DNA of 64,000 nt. Source: Octopus vulgaris. Taxonomy: Eukaryota. Positions within the stretch are counted from its first letter, which is position 1. The number at the start of each line of letters is the position of its first letter. Both the position numbers and the translations under genes were made by a program. The notes below the pieces were generated by a model. It was not told where the DNA came from. It saw only the letters and a list, made by a program, of their open reading frames with translations, and did no database searches. Positions 12,788 through 24,160 of the stretch are shown here, one piece after another. The stretch is from contig OX597826.1 of the NCBI GenBank assembly GCA_951406725.2, positions 51,026,001 through 51,090,000 on the forward strand. Direction: 5' to 3'.

Positions 12788-14911
12788 TGCTTAACAAACA
12801 GAATTTCAGAACATTTTTCTGCCCTCAATTTTTTTTATTTTTATTTCTTTTGTTGTTCATTTTCTGTACTTTTGAAGGATCTATAAACTTCCTGATTGTG
12901 ATTATTAATGGATCAATGCACATTCTGCAATCAATCACTGTATAAGGAAAAGTAAGGACTGGCTGTGATTATTCCGAAATTCAAAAACCTAATTAAAATT
13001 AAAACCCAGATTAAAGTCATGTAATATCAGGGATGATATTATGAGATTTAGTTGCTCAACACCATTTAAGATATAAAATTTGAGGTGTTTTTTTTTAAAT
13101 TCTTCCAAAATCCTGATTAGATTATAAATGAATTAAAATATGTGGGCAGCCTTCTCATTAAAAATAGTCACAAAAGAGTTAAGTGCCATATTTAATGGCA
13201 TAAAAGATGTGTGGGCATATTAGACGCATCAAAATTTCAGTAGTGCATAGTTAGGAAATAAAAGTTTTTTTGTGTATTAATATTAATGGAAGGCTCAATT
13301 TCTCATATAGGACCTGGGGTTACTTTTTGAGACAAATGCATCTTACATGTCATCAAATATGGTATTTTGAAGTGATACAAAAATGATTGATAATTCTTAT
13401 AATTTCAGTGATTATTGCCATAGAAACCAATTTCTGTTGCAGAAACAAAACATTACAAACAGATCAATCAAACCTCTCTTTACTTTGTTGAACTATAAAT
13501 ATCTTTCATCTTCACAGTTTGTAAACCAGTAGCTAAGCTTTTATTTGGTCAAACTATAGTCAGCAGGAATTTGTTAAATACTAATTGTTTTTTTTTCATT
13601 TTTCCATGCTAGCATAGGTTAAAAGTTCTGCAGATTTTGCATCTATTTTTAGCTCTCTGCCTCTTTATTCTCCCAACCCTCCATGAAAGTGCTAAAACAT
13701 TTTCAGACAACTTTAATGTCTCACCAATGTTTTATTATTTAAAAGCTTTTAAAATGTCTCTGGAGATAATTGTATTTGTGTTATAGTAACATTCTCTAGG
13801 AAGTTTTCTATGTACTCATGCCATTTCAATGTTCTGGAATGATTGTGTGATATTTGTGTACAAAGAGTGATATTGCATGGCAATGAGATGTTGGCTTTGA
13901 ATATTGTTTTACTTGTTTTGGTTATTGAACTACGGCCACACTGGAGCACCACCTTGTAGGGTTAGTCAAACAAATCCACCCCAATATTTATTCTAATTCT
14001 ATCAATCTCTTCTGCTGGTCCACTAATTCATAGGTGTGTAAACAAACCAACACTGGTTGTCAAGTGATGAGGAGATAAACACAAAGACACACACAAACAC
14101 ACACACTTAACATCCATTTTCTGGGGCATAGATTGTTGAATGGTTTGATGAGATGTCAGGTCCTAGTTCTGCATCATACTCCAGTGTCTACCTTGACATG
14201 GTATCTGTAACTGGTTGCCCTTCCTAATGCCAACCACTTTACAGAATATACTGGGTGATTTTTTTTTTCATACCACTAACACAACTGAGGTCACCTTGTT
14301 GCTTGTAAGACTATGAACCCTGAGAGAAGCATCTCTATACTAGAAAATGAGGGGCCAAAGTGGGACAGAAAAAGCCAGAGTAGAACAGGTTTCTTGTTGT
14401 AGAGGAGCTGCATGGTTACTCACATTATACAAGAGATGGTAAGAGTGATGAGAATGGAGCTGGAAGGAAATAAAAGTAGTGGTAATGAGTTGTTTGGGTA
14501 GAACCTCCAGGTACAAAATGAGTGGGAGCAGGGGCAAAAAGAGCCAGGTGTGTGGGTGGGGTAGAGGCTGCATTAGTGTATTGGAGAGTGTCAGATGAGG
14601 AATGGGTGGGGAGGTGAATGTAATGAGTGAAAAACAAGTGTTAAGGGATAAGTAAAGGAGGTAGGGAAGAGTAGATGACAACTGTAGAGATTGGATATAG
14701 TTGAGGGGTTGATGTAGTGAGAAAGGAGTGGGTTACCAATGATGCATGGGGGTACATCATCATCATGGGTCAGATGGTTTGACAGGAGCTGGGCAGGCAG
14801 AAGACTGCACCAGACTTCTGTGTCTGTTTTGGCAAGGTTTTAATGGCTGGATGCTCTTCCTAACACCACCTACCCAGCATATATATGGGGTACATCATAT
14901 ATATGTACATA

Positions 14912-15004
<93 letters not shown>

Positions 15005-15009
<5 letters not shown>

Positions 15010-15295
15010 CAAATAAGGTGACAAAGGAATTACTCATAAGATATTATGAACTTCATTAGCTTATAAAATTTAGTTGACTTATAGTTGAGTGCTTGAGTAA
15101 TGCCTTACAGTTTTATTGGACCTTCAAATATTAAGTGCACTTTATTTGGGAAACAAATTACAGCAGAAACAGCTGTAAGCTAATGAAGTTCATAAGATTA
15201 TTGTTTATTCCGTTGTCATCTTATTTTCTTATTACCACTCTGTAATCAACTAATGCTTCGTTCTGAAGCATATGCATATTGAATTCTACACTAAG

Positions 15296-15297
<2 letters not shown>
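15005..15297. mobile_element. partially self-inverted element between (TA)n tracts
   Basis: TTATGAACTTCATTAGCTTA (~15043-15063) is inverted at ~15176-15196, and the flanks are also complementary. Confidence 0.6.
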
Positions 15298-15336
<39 letters not shown>

Positions 15337-15420
15337 TAAGGGTAAAGAATTATTAATTTAATAATTAATAAATTTTACCAAGTAGTAGGAACTTTTACAA
15401 AAATTTTTTTTATATATGAA

Positions 15421-15579
15421 TATAATTAACGGTTAAGCAACAAGTTGCTTCACCACATGCCGAAAATTTAGAAACAGCAGCCAAAGACAGCTCATTCCTT
15501 TATACTACAGATATTACTCCACATATATATGTGGAGTCGGTATGTGGTGAAGCAACTTGTTGCTTAACCCTTAATTATA
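15421..15579. repeat. ~43-bp inverted repeat element bounded by TA runs
   Basis: TATAATTAACGGTTAAGCAACAAGTTGCTTCACCACATGCCGA (15421-15463) versus its complement at 15537-15579. Confidence 0.8.
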
Positions 15580-15586
15580 TATATAT

Positions 15587-16031
15587 AAATAATACATTTC
15601 TAAATATCTCAGAGAGATTTATGCAGTAGTGGTATGATAAAGTAGTTGTATATTGTCAACTTAATGTGGTAGTCCCATGAAGGGAATCATACTACTGCAT
15701 AAATCTCTCTGAGATATTTAGAAATGTATTATTTCTATTTTTGTAATCAGTGGATTTATTTCACTAGAATTCTTATATGTTTGCAAAGGATAGATGGGCA
15801 TCTCCAACTAGAGGGCCATGCTACTCCAGACTGATGATGAGCAAAGACTCAGAAACTAGTCTCTGGATGCAGGCTTAGCTGGGTGGGGGTGCTTATCTCC
15901 CCCTTGCAAACATAAGGACACAGGAAATGTGTCAAGGCCAACAGGAAGCGTTGCTGCTTCCTAGGGCTAAATAGCAGTAGTATGATTGCCTTCATGGGAC
16001 TGTCACATTAAGTTGACAATATACAACTACT
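15587..16031 (+). mobile_element. Penelope-like non-autonomous element with two inverted duplications and a hammerhead motif
   Basis: 15587-15630 is inverted at 15691-15734 and 15641-15698 is inverted at 15973-16031; flanked by (TA)n; hammerhead at 15825-15867. Confidence 0.65.
15825..15867 (+). ncRNA. minimal type I hammerhead ribozyme
   Basis: Stem I TCCAGA/TCTGGA; CTGATGA at 15831-15837; stem II TGAG-caaaga-CTCA; GAAA at 15852-15855; palindromic ACTAGT in place of stem III; GTC cleavage triplet ending at 15861. Confidence 0.85.
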
Positions 16032-16099
16032 ATATATATATATATATTCACTGATAGGCTTCTACCCAGTTTCCATCTACCATATACACTCACAAGGCT

Positions 16100-16350
16100 A
16101 GAAAGAAATGAAGTGAACGTGATCTACTAGCTGTGTGATGAGAATGTGCATGAATAACAGAGTCCTTGTGAGCTGAGGGCGAAAATGGCTCTAAGAGAAA
16201 TCAGGTGTAATGTAAAAGAGGGAATACTATGGTGGTTTGTACTGGAAATGGCCAGTTGTATAAAGATGTGCTGAGTGCTCCAAATAAGTAGAAACTGTCA
16301 AAGAAGGAAACTTAGGAAAATATGGGATAAAGTGTTGTCAGCTGACCCTA
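16100..16350 (+). pseudogene. RTE-clade LINE C-terminal fragment
   Basis: Translates to RNEVNVIY*LCD...ELRAKMALREIRCNVKEGILWWF...CIKMC*VL...RRKLRKIWDKV, resembling the RTE tail (LR.KLG...RLRW.GHV...RGRP.KTW). Confidence 0.55.
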
Positions 16351-16850
16351 GGAAATGACAAAGGACTGTCATCTCTTTATTCATATATTTATAAATAAAG
16401 TAGGAGATTGGCAGACTCATTAAATCGTCAGGCAAAATGCTTTAAGGTATTTCTTTCTGCTCATTATGTTCTGAGTTCAAATCCAGCCAAGATCATCTTT
16501 ACCTCTTGTCATTTCAGGGGCAATAAAATTAAGTACTGGGGTCAAGTGGTAGAGACTTACCCTTTCATCTCAGTTTGTGGCATTGTGTCTAATATTAAAA
16601 ACAGTCATGTCTTTTATTTCTTTATCATTGCCTGCAATACAGAAGTTTATCATTAATCTACATTTTTTTTCAGGCATTTTCTGAATATTTCTGTGACTTG
16701 GTTCAGTATTTTCTTAATTTCTTACCAAAATATACCATAAATAATTTAACAAATGTCCTTTTACAAAACTTGGGTTCATTTTGATGGTATTTGCTCATTA
16801 ACCTATGGTAAGCTTGTTTTAAATAACTGCAGTATATCAGTGACTGTGAA

Positions 16851-16935
<85 letters not shown>

Positions 16936-16936
<1 letters not shown>

Positions 16937-17214
16937 TAGTAGTATCGCCCGGCGTTGCTCGGGTTTGTAAGGGAAATAACTATATAAGCATTTTTAGAGA
17001 GTTACTTTCCTTATATAATAGCAAAAAATGCATTAAAAATGGGAAAAAATGATCGTAGACTCATCGTAGACGCACGCTAACACCCAGAAGGGCTTGATAT
17101 GAATCACGACTATAAGATACCCGCGTTTGGTTAAACTGCACCGCAAAATGTGGGAGTAGTTAGGAATCTAAATCGTAGGAGACAGACACACAACTTCACT
17201 TTTATATATAAAGA
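16936..17214 (-). mobile_element. non-autonomous Helitron
   Basis: On the minus strand it starts TC, ends CTAG and sits between A and T within (TA)n; subterminal hairpin CCCGAGCAACGCCGGG; no TSD. Confidence 0.85.
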
Positions 17215-18196
17215 TATATATATATATATATACATTTTCTGGGTGAGCTCAATCATTCAAAGCTATGACTGTTATGAAAGTCATCGATATGCAAAATGGT
17301 CTGGTGGTATCTGTTGAACATATCTGATGTGTGTGGAGTTGCTAGCACGTTTCGAGTGCACCAGCTGTACACAGTTTTGTATTCTAAACCTCCTTTGAAG
17401 ATTAACCTAGTTTTTAGTTTAGTTATACAAATATGATAATTGCCTTGCTAAAGTCTGGAATGTAATCATTGATTCTTAGAAATTCTGCTATGCTGATGTT
17501 GTTGAAAGACTAGTTGTAGTAGTAGCAGTAGTAGTTAGTTAGTTAGTGCAGATACACATTGCTGCTGTTACAACTATTACTGGAACTGATGACAGTATTT
17601 CTGCTGAATATTATGGTAAGATTTAGATTCCGTACATAGCTGGGAATTAAAATTTGACAAAAAGAGAAAACAAACGAAAAAAAAAAAAAAAAAAATCCCA
17701 CCCCTCAAAACATGAGGTAGCGGACGGTGGACGGACGTATTTAACTGTTAAAATAAATAAACAAATAAGTAAATATAGAAATAATTGCTAAATGTTGTTT
17801 TACAACATGGCAACATAGAAGTACAACTAGTTCTGTAGTAGTAGCACTGCTGTTAGACTTGCAGCAGACACTCTTCATATTGCTCACCCTCCTCATTTTT
17901 CCTTTCAGAAGTGCACGTGGTTACCTAGACACGTGTATCTTTCTTCTTAAATACATCTACTCTGTTGATATACTTGTTCCTCTCCCTCTCTCCTTTTCTC
18001 TCTCGTTTCCATTACCATATCCATCTCTCGCCTGGTTCTTTGCACTCATTCTATCAATAGCGGAACTATTTTGATCCGTTTCCTTTCCGGTTAACTACTC
18101 CCATGCTATTTCCTTTTCCATTTTACTTTAACTCTCTCAAAACACGCTTGTTTTTGTCAGCTGACCTCAGACGTTTTAGCTGGTTATATATATAAC

Positions 18197-18364
18197 CACC
18201 CACTACACTCGCGGAGTGGTTGGCGTTAGGAAGGGCATCCAGCCGTAGAAACACTGCCAAATCTGACTGGGCCCGATGAAGCCTTCCGGCTTCACAGACC
18301 CCAGTTAAACCGTCCAACCCATGCTAGCATGGAAAACGGACGCTAAATGATGATGATGATGATG
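18197..18364 (+). mobile_element. family A retroposon, 5'-truncated
   Basis: Matches 12615-12787; (GAT)n tail. Confidence 0.85.
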
Positions 18365-18875
18365 ATATATATATCCAAAAGGATATGTCATTTGGCAGTT
18401 GGGATTTTGTTTCTAGACTCTCACCCTTATGAAATCAATCAACCGTGACGGAGTGGGGCCGAGTTTTTTTTCCTACAAACTGCAGGGTAACCAATAAGTT
18501 TTTCAGGGTCTTATTTAATTACAGGTACACAATCCTTTATACGGAAATCTAAAATCCAGAAAGCCCCTCCAAAACCGAACTTTTGTGTGGACGGTGGAGC
18601 GCGTCATAACAGGGGTCGTTTGGTGCGCAAGCAGTTGACCACCGTGACCCGTTTCACTCAGGCATGACATGGTAATGCTTGGGCAAGGTCGGCCGCCACT
18701 TACCACCGAGCGTCAGTTGTGGCTCAGCACTCGTAGAGAAAAGACGTCCACTTGCTGTTTGCTGTCTTCGTGTTGTTTCTTTTGACTTTGTATATGATTT
18801 ACCCTGAAAATGGCAAAAGGAACTGCAGATACCCCGATGGATGACAGTGAGAAAAAGAAAAGAAAACATTTATCA

Positions 18876-19267
18876 TCTCTCTCTATATAAAGCTGAAGTT
18901 GTCTGTGTATGGCAGGTTTGGTAACCTTCAACTAGCACTATCTCTTCCGAGACCCTGCGGCGCAAGTTAACCAAAATTGAGAGTATGATAGAAGAAGGCT
19001 TGCTTTTCCTTCCTTAGAAGAAAAAATTCAAATCGGACCATGTTAACACCAAAAATTATTTACATAAAAACGGTGCTTTTTTTCTATGAAAATCCCTATT
19101 TTTTACGATTACTTGACTGCTGTGACGCCATTTTTCGGTGTATTTCAACCAGAAAAATGTTCACTTAAAGAGAATAACAAGCTACATAATGCAAAATTTT
19201 TACTTTTCAAAAGTTCCAATTCTAAAGGGTCGAAACAAACCCGAGCAACGCCGGGCGATACTGCTAG
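18876..19267 (+). mobile_element. non-autonomous Helitron inserted in the Tigger ORF
   Basis: A|TC...CCCGAGCAACGCCGGGCGATACTGCTAG|T; removing it restores the transposase reading CATTTATCA-TTATTAATAATGCAG. Confidence 0.9.
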
Positions 19268-20364
19268 TTATTAATAATGCAGAAAGTGAAGTTAGTACAG
19301 AAACTTGATCGTGGTGTGTCTGTACGACGGTTCGCTGAAGAATATGGTGTTAGAACTAGCAATGTGTATGACTTAAGGAAGCAAAGACGAATTACTGTAG
19401 TTTAATAGTAAGAGCGATGATCACAAAATAATGAAAAATATGTAAACACTTCATAGGGCAAAAAATGAAGATCTTAACTTTGTGATGATAGAATGAATTC
19501 GACAACGAAGAAGGGAACATATGCCACTGAATGGTTTGTTGTTCATGGAACAAGCTAGAATGTATCATAAAAAATTGAACATTGAAGGAGAGTGTCATTA
19601 TTCAGAAGGTTGACTGCAAATATTTAAGAAGCGTCATGGTGTAAAATATTTGAAAATCTTTGTTGAAAAAGTTTCTGTTGATTATGAAGCTGCGGAAAAT
19701 TACATACACGAATTTGCCAAGATCGCATCTGGTGAAAACCTTTCTCCTGAATAAATTTACTATGCTGATGAAATAGCTTCGTACTGGCAGATGAGACAGC
19801 ACTAGCAGGTTTTAAGGATGCTAAGGAAATGTTAACTATTCTTGGATGCGTTAATGCTGTCGGTACACACAAGGTGAAATTGGCAATCACTGGAAAAAGC
19901 CAACGTCTGAGATGTCTGAAAAGCGTAGTTAATTTACCTGTGCATTAAGTACGCAAACAAAAAAAGCATGTGTAACCTGAGAAATATTTTCTGACTGGTT
20001 CAATAATCACTTTGTACCAGCGGTATAAGCTCATTGCTGGCAAGCTGGACTGGAAGAACACTGTAAAATTCTATTGTTCCTGGACAACTGCTGGGCACAT
20101 CTCCCTGTCGAAGTTCTTGTGAAAAGTAATGTTTTCGGTATTTACTTGCCTTCCAATGTAACATCTGTTTTACAGCCTTGTGACCAAGGAATTTTACGCT
20201 CCATGAAGAACAGCTATAAACATAATTTTACGAGCTGTGTGCTTGATGCATTCAACAAAGGAGCAAGAATGCATGACTATCTGAAAGAGTTCACTGTTTA
20301 GGATGCCATTTACTCAGTTGCGAATGCTTGGAATGAAGTTGATAAACCAACAGTAACAAATACC

Positions 20365-21047
20365 GGCGAAGTTTCGCATGTCGTAGATCAGATTTCCGTC
20401 GATTTCCGTAAAAAACTTTTATTTTTTTACATAAGTAATGAGAGCGAAAGAGACTAAGAGGAAGCGATTTTACGACGAGAAGGTTTCACTTTGAAGTCGG
20501 CCTGTGTGTGTTTGATGGGGTGTGGGAGACAGACAGTATGTTGTGTAAGTGAAGTGCTTCTGTTAGTGTGTGCGAAGAGACAGAGAGAGTAATGTGTGAA
20601 AGAGAGAGATAACTGATTTTTTACTCGGTGTATGTGTATATGTATGTATGCATGTATGTGTGTGTGTGTGTATGTATCTATGTGTGTGTGTGTGTGTGTA
20701 AGTATGTGTGTGTGTATGTATGTATGTATGTGTGTGTGTGTATGTATCTATGTATGTGTGTGTGTGTATGTATGTATGTATGGCCGATTCATAGTAATTT
20801 TTTACTCGGTGTATGTGTATATGTATGTCTGTCTCTTCACACACACTAACAGAAGCACTTCACTTACACAACATACTGTCTGTCTCCCACACCCCATCAA
20901 ACACACACAGGCCGACTTCAAAGTGAAACTTTCTCGTCGTAAAATCGCTTCCTCTTAGTCTCTTTCGCTCTCATTACTTATGTAAAAAAATAAAAGTTTT
21001 TTACGGAAATCGACGGAAATCTGTGCTACTACAACCGAAACTATGCC
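20365..21047. mobile_element. foldback-like MITE with ~220-bp inverted arms, GG...CC ends and 8-bp TSD (Merlin-like)
   Basis: CAAATACC duplicated at 20357-20364 and 21048-21055; arms ~20365-20586 and ~20828-21047 around a (TG/TATG)n core; superfamily inferred only from the termini and TSD length. Confidence 0.8.
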
Positions 21048-21459
21048 CAAATACCTGGCACAGAATTTTGTCAATAACGATGTTTGATGAAAATGACCCT
21101 ATATATATATAACTAGTTTGGAGGATTTCGTATCACTAATGAGAAGATGATATCAAAACTCGTAACTTAGGCTAAAAGTTTATCGTGCGGAAGTGTTAGT
21201 GATCTAGAAGAAGCGGACATCGAAGAAATGCTAAGCATTGACAATGATGTACCTGTTGTGCATTCCTAGAGTGATGGGGAAATTGCTGAAATGGTGATAA
21301 CTACGGATAAGAATGAAGACAATAGTGATGATGACTCGGAGAACACAGGTGAAAAAATTCCTGTAGACGATATGGTGAAAATATGTGATCAGTTAATAGC
21401 TGAGCTGGCCTTGAGCAACGTGCATTTATCACTGAGCACAACAGATTATGGGAGTTTAA

Positions 21460-21850
21460 AATGGCCCAGTGGTTAGGGCAGCGGACTCGCGGTCATAGGA
21501 TCGCAGTTTCGATTCCCAGACCGGGCGTTGTGAGTGTTTATTGAGCGAAAACACCTAAAAAAAAAAAGCTCCACGAGGCTCCGGCATCGGATAGTGGTGA
21601 TCCCTGCTGTACTCTTTCACCACAACTTTCTCTCACTCTTACTTCCTGTTTCTGTTGTACCTGTATTTCAAAGGGCCGGCCTTGTCACTCTCTGTGTCAC
21701 GCTGAATATCCCCGAGAACTACGTTAAGGGTACACGTGTCTGTGGAGTGCTCAGCCACTTACACGTTAATTTCACGAGCAGGCTGTTCCGTTGATTCGGA
21801 TCAACCGGAACCCTCGTCGTCGTAACCGACGGAGTGCTTCCCATCCAATT
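21460..21850 (+). mobile_element. tRNA-derived SINE (family D) inserted in the Tigger ORF
   Basis: A-box TGGCCCAGTGG and B-box-like GTTTCGATTCC; CpG-rich; interrupts the transposase tail; ends approximate. Confidence 0.75.
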
Positions 21851-22835
21851 CAATTAAAGATAAATTGCTTAGACAGAAACCTATGCTAATGAGACAGATG
21901 ACACTTGAAGAAGTTTTTTTTTAAATGCCGTCTCTCGTAATACTGCTTCATCACTTGAGGATCCCGTCCCAAGTCCACCATCAGAGGTTTGCCTGCAAGC
22001 TGAAAACAACATTGGTGACACTGACGGACCCTGTTCTACAACCTAACTGCAGCTAGATATTTAGCATAGTTTGAACTAATTTATGGCTCTAGCGTATGAA
22101 TAAACAGTAATATCATTTATAGTCGTTCTCTATTCAAATTAGTGCGAATACCTATGCGTCTCTCTGCAGCAATAGTATGGTAATGTGTATACCTGTACCT
22201 GTGGATCATGTATTTTGGTTTTAAATTATCCCACTATATGTATTTTGCTATTTGTAATCTTAATTATCTCACTGTTTCATTCACCAGTATATTACTCTAC
22301 AAGTAATTATTTCCCACACTGATTGTGAGTACGTATACATGTGCTTTTGTTACTATAGCACAACGTCTGATTTGATGTCTAGTTTATAATCTGGGGCAAC
22401 TGGCTTTTGTTCTGATATCCGGAAAAATTCGAAAGTCAGAACACTACTGTTCCCAAGGCTTCCAGATAAAGGATTGTGTACTTGTACTATCACTGTTTTC
22501 CTAAAACCCTTTATAGTTTTCATTTATTTCTATAACATTTCCCCTGTTTCTATTTTTAATTTATTTTCATACACCTTCATCTATTTCTAACTTAAAACTT
22601 GGCGTGAAGCGAATATTCAAAGGAAATTTCCACTCGATAATCAGCTTACTTTACTCACCTTATGTAATTTCTTTATACCTGTTTGTATGTATACCGTAAA
22701 GGTGTTTTTCAACTAAGAGCTGATAATTATCGAATCTCGTCGGAACTCAACAAATATACATTTTAAAATTTTAGCCAGTAATTATCATTTAAGCCCTTTT
22801 TATTTATTGCGACTTGTCGCTTTATTATTATTTAA

Positions 22836-23757
22836 GGTAGTGAGCTGGCAGAATTGTTAGCACTCTGGATGAAATGCTTAGTCGTTACGTTCTGAGTGCA
22901 AATTCCACCGAGGTCGACTTTGCCTTTTATCCAGTGGCGGACTGGGTCTAAAAATATTGGTTGCCAGGAGACTAAGAGGGCCCACCCGAAACCACAATGC
23001 AATCATTTTTATTTTGTTTTTGTTTTTGTTAAAAGTATCCTTTTCAACTGTCTACAAACAAAGCCAGGCTGAAAAAAATTAATGCATTCTTCCAGGAGTG
23101 AATAAAAAATTCTGAAACTTGAGGGGATGGGCCCCTTAGATACTAACATGGGCTCCCATATATGGATTCAAATGGCGTAGGGGCCTACTTGCCATCGGCA
23201 AGGTGGCAACCTGGGCAGTCCGCCACTGCTTTTATCCTTTCGGGGTCGATAAAATAAGTACCAGTTGAACACTGGGGTCGATGTAATCGACTCAATTCCT
23301 TCCCCAAAATTGCTGCCCTTGTGACAAAATTTGAAACCATTATCATTAATATTATTATTATTTCTGGGTTCAAATTCCGCCAAGGTCGACTTTGCCTTTT
23401 ATCTTCTTCGGGGGTTGATAAAATAAAGACCACTTGAGTACTGGGATCGATGTAATCGATTTACCCTCTCATCCCGAAATTGCTGGCCTCGTGCCAAAAT
23501 TTGAAATCAATATTATTTTGTAACTTTTAACTATAACATTTTGGCGGCGAGCTGGCAGAATCGTTAAGCACGCCAGGCAAAATGCTTAGCGGCATTTCGT
23601 CCGCCTGCACGTTCTGAGTTCAAATTCCGCCGAGGTCGACTTTGCCTTTCATCCTTTCGGGATCGATAAATTAAGTACCAGTCAAATAGTGCGGTCGATG
23701 TGATCGACTTTCCCCCTACCCTAAAATTTCAGGCCTTGTGCCTATAGTAGAAAGGAT
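22836..23757 (+). mobile_element. cluster of family B SINE copies
   Basis: Repeated GAGCTGGCAGAA / GAGGTCGACTTTGCCTTT / GGGGTCGAT blocks; the first copy is split by a MITE. Confidence 0.8.
22932..23228. mobile_element. hAT-type MITE inserted in a SINE
   Basis: TIR CAGTGGCGGACTG...CAGTCCGCCACTG; 8-bp TSD CTTTTATC at 22924-22931 and 23229-23236. Confidence 0.88.
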
Positions 23758-23787
23758 TGTTGTTGTTGTTGTTGTTGTTATTATTAT

Positions 23788-24107
23788 ATGTTTGACTTTT
23801 GCTTTATATTAGTACAAGTTGGCTCCAAGTCTCACCCAGAGACCTCAAGAGACAACAGGTTGGAAGTTCACGTTGTTGTTATGCCTAGTGTGCCCTATAT
23901 TTGGTTGTTTTTTGTGTTGTACTAGTGGATGTTTAAAAAGTAAAAAAAAAAAAAAAATGTTTGTTTTAAACCTTGAGATTACATAGAAAGTATTTTGCGT
24001 AGGATATGAGCAGTTCCCATGAGCACTATCTTTTGAATTTCTGCCATTTTTGGGTTTCCTGGTATTTGAGTTAGGTAGCAATCAGCCCCTTTTGCTATCA
24101 TTCCCAT
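23788..24107 (-). mobile_element. 5'-truncated Dong/R4-clade non-LTR retrotransposon 3' end
   Basis: 24107-23979 encodes MGMIAKGADCYLTQIPGNPKMAEIQKIVLMGTAHILRKILSM*, matching the R4/Dong C-terminal IQK.VLLGTA.ILRK.L motif; flanked on both sides by (TAA)n, the known Dong target. Confidence 0.75.
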
Positions 24108-24111
24108 ATTA

Positions 24112-24160
<49 letters not shown>

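Larger units (their letters stand above)
18810..21930 (+). pseudogene. CENP-B/Tigger-like transposase, disrupted
   Basis: MAKGTADTPMDDSEKKKRKHLS|LLIMQKVKLVQKLDRGVSVRRFAEEYGV (N-terminal HTH); DDE_1-type FLDNCWAH...YLPSNVTSVLQPCDQGI at 20074-20301; many stops and frameshifts plus three insertions; 3' end approximate. Confidence 0.9.
18522..22484 (+). mobile_element. Tigger/pogo (Tc1-mariner superfamily) DNA transposon, full length, with nested insertions
   Basis: TA target duplication (18520-18521, 22485-22486); TIR CAGGTACACAATCCTTTAT...ATAAAGGATTGTGTACTTG. Confidence 0.92.

Noticed and set aside
17586-17615. CTGATGA-CAGTA-tttc-TGCTG-AATA as a hammerhead
   Set aside because: A hairpin is present but it is followed by AATA rather than GAAA, and there is no stem I partner
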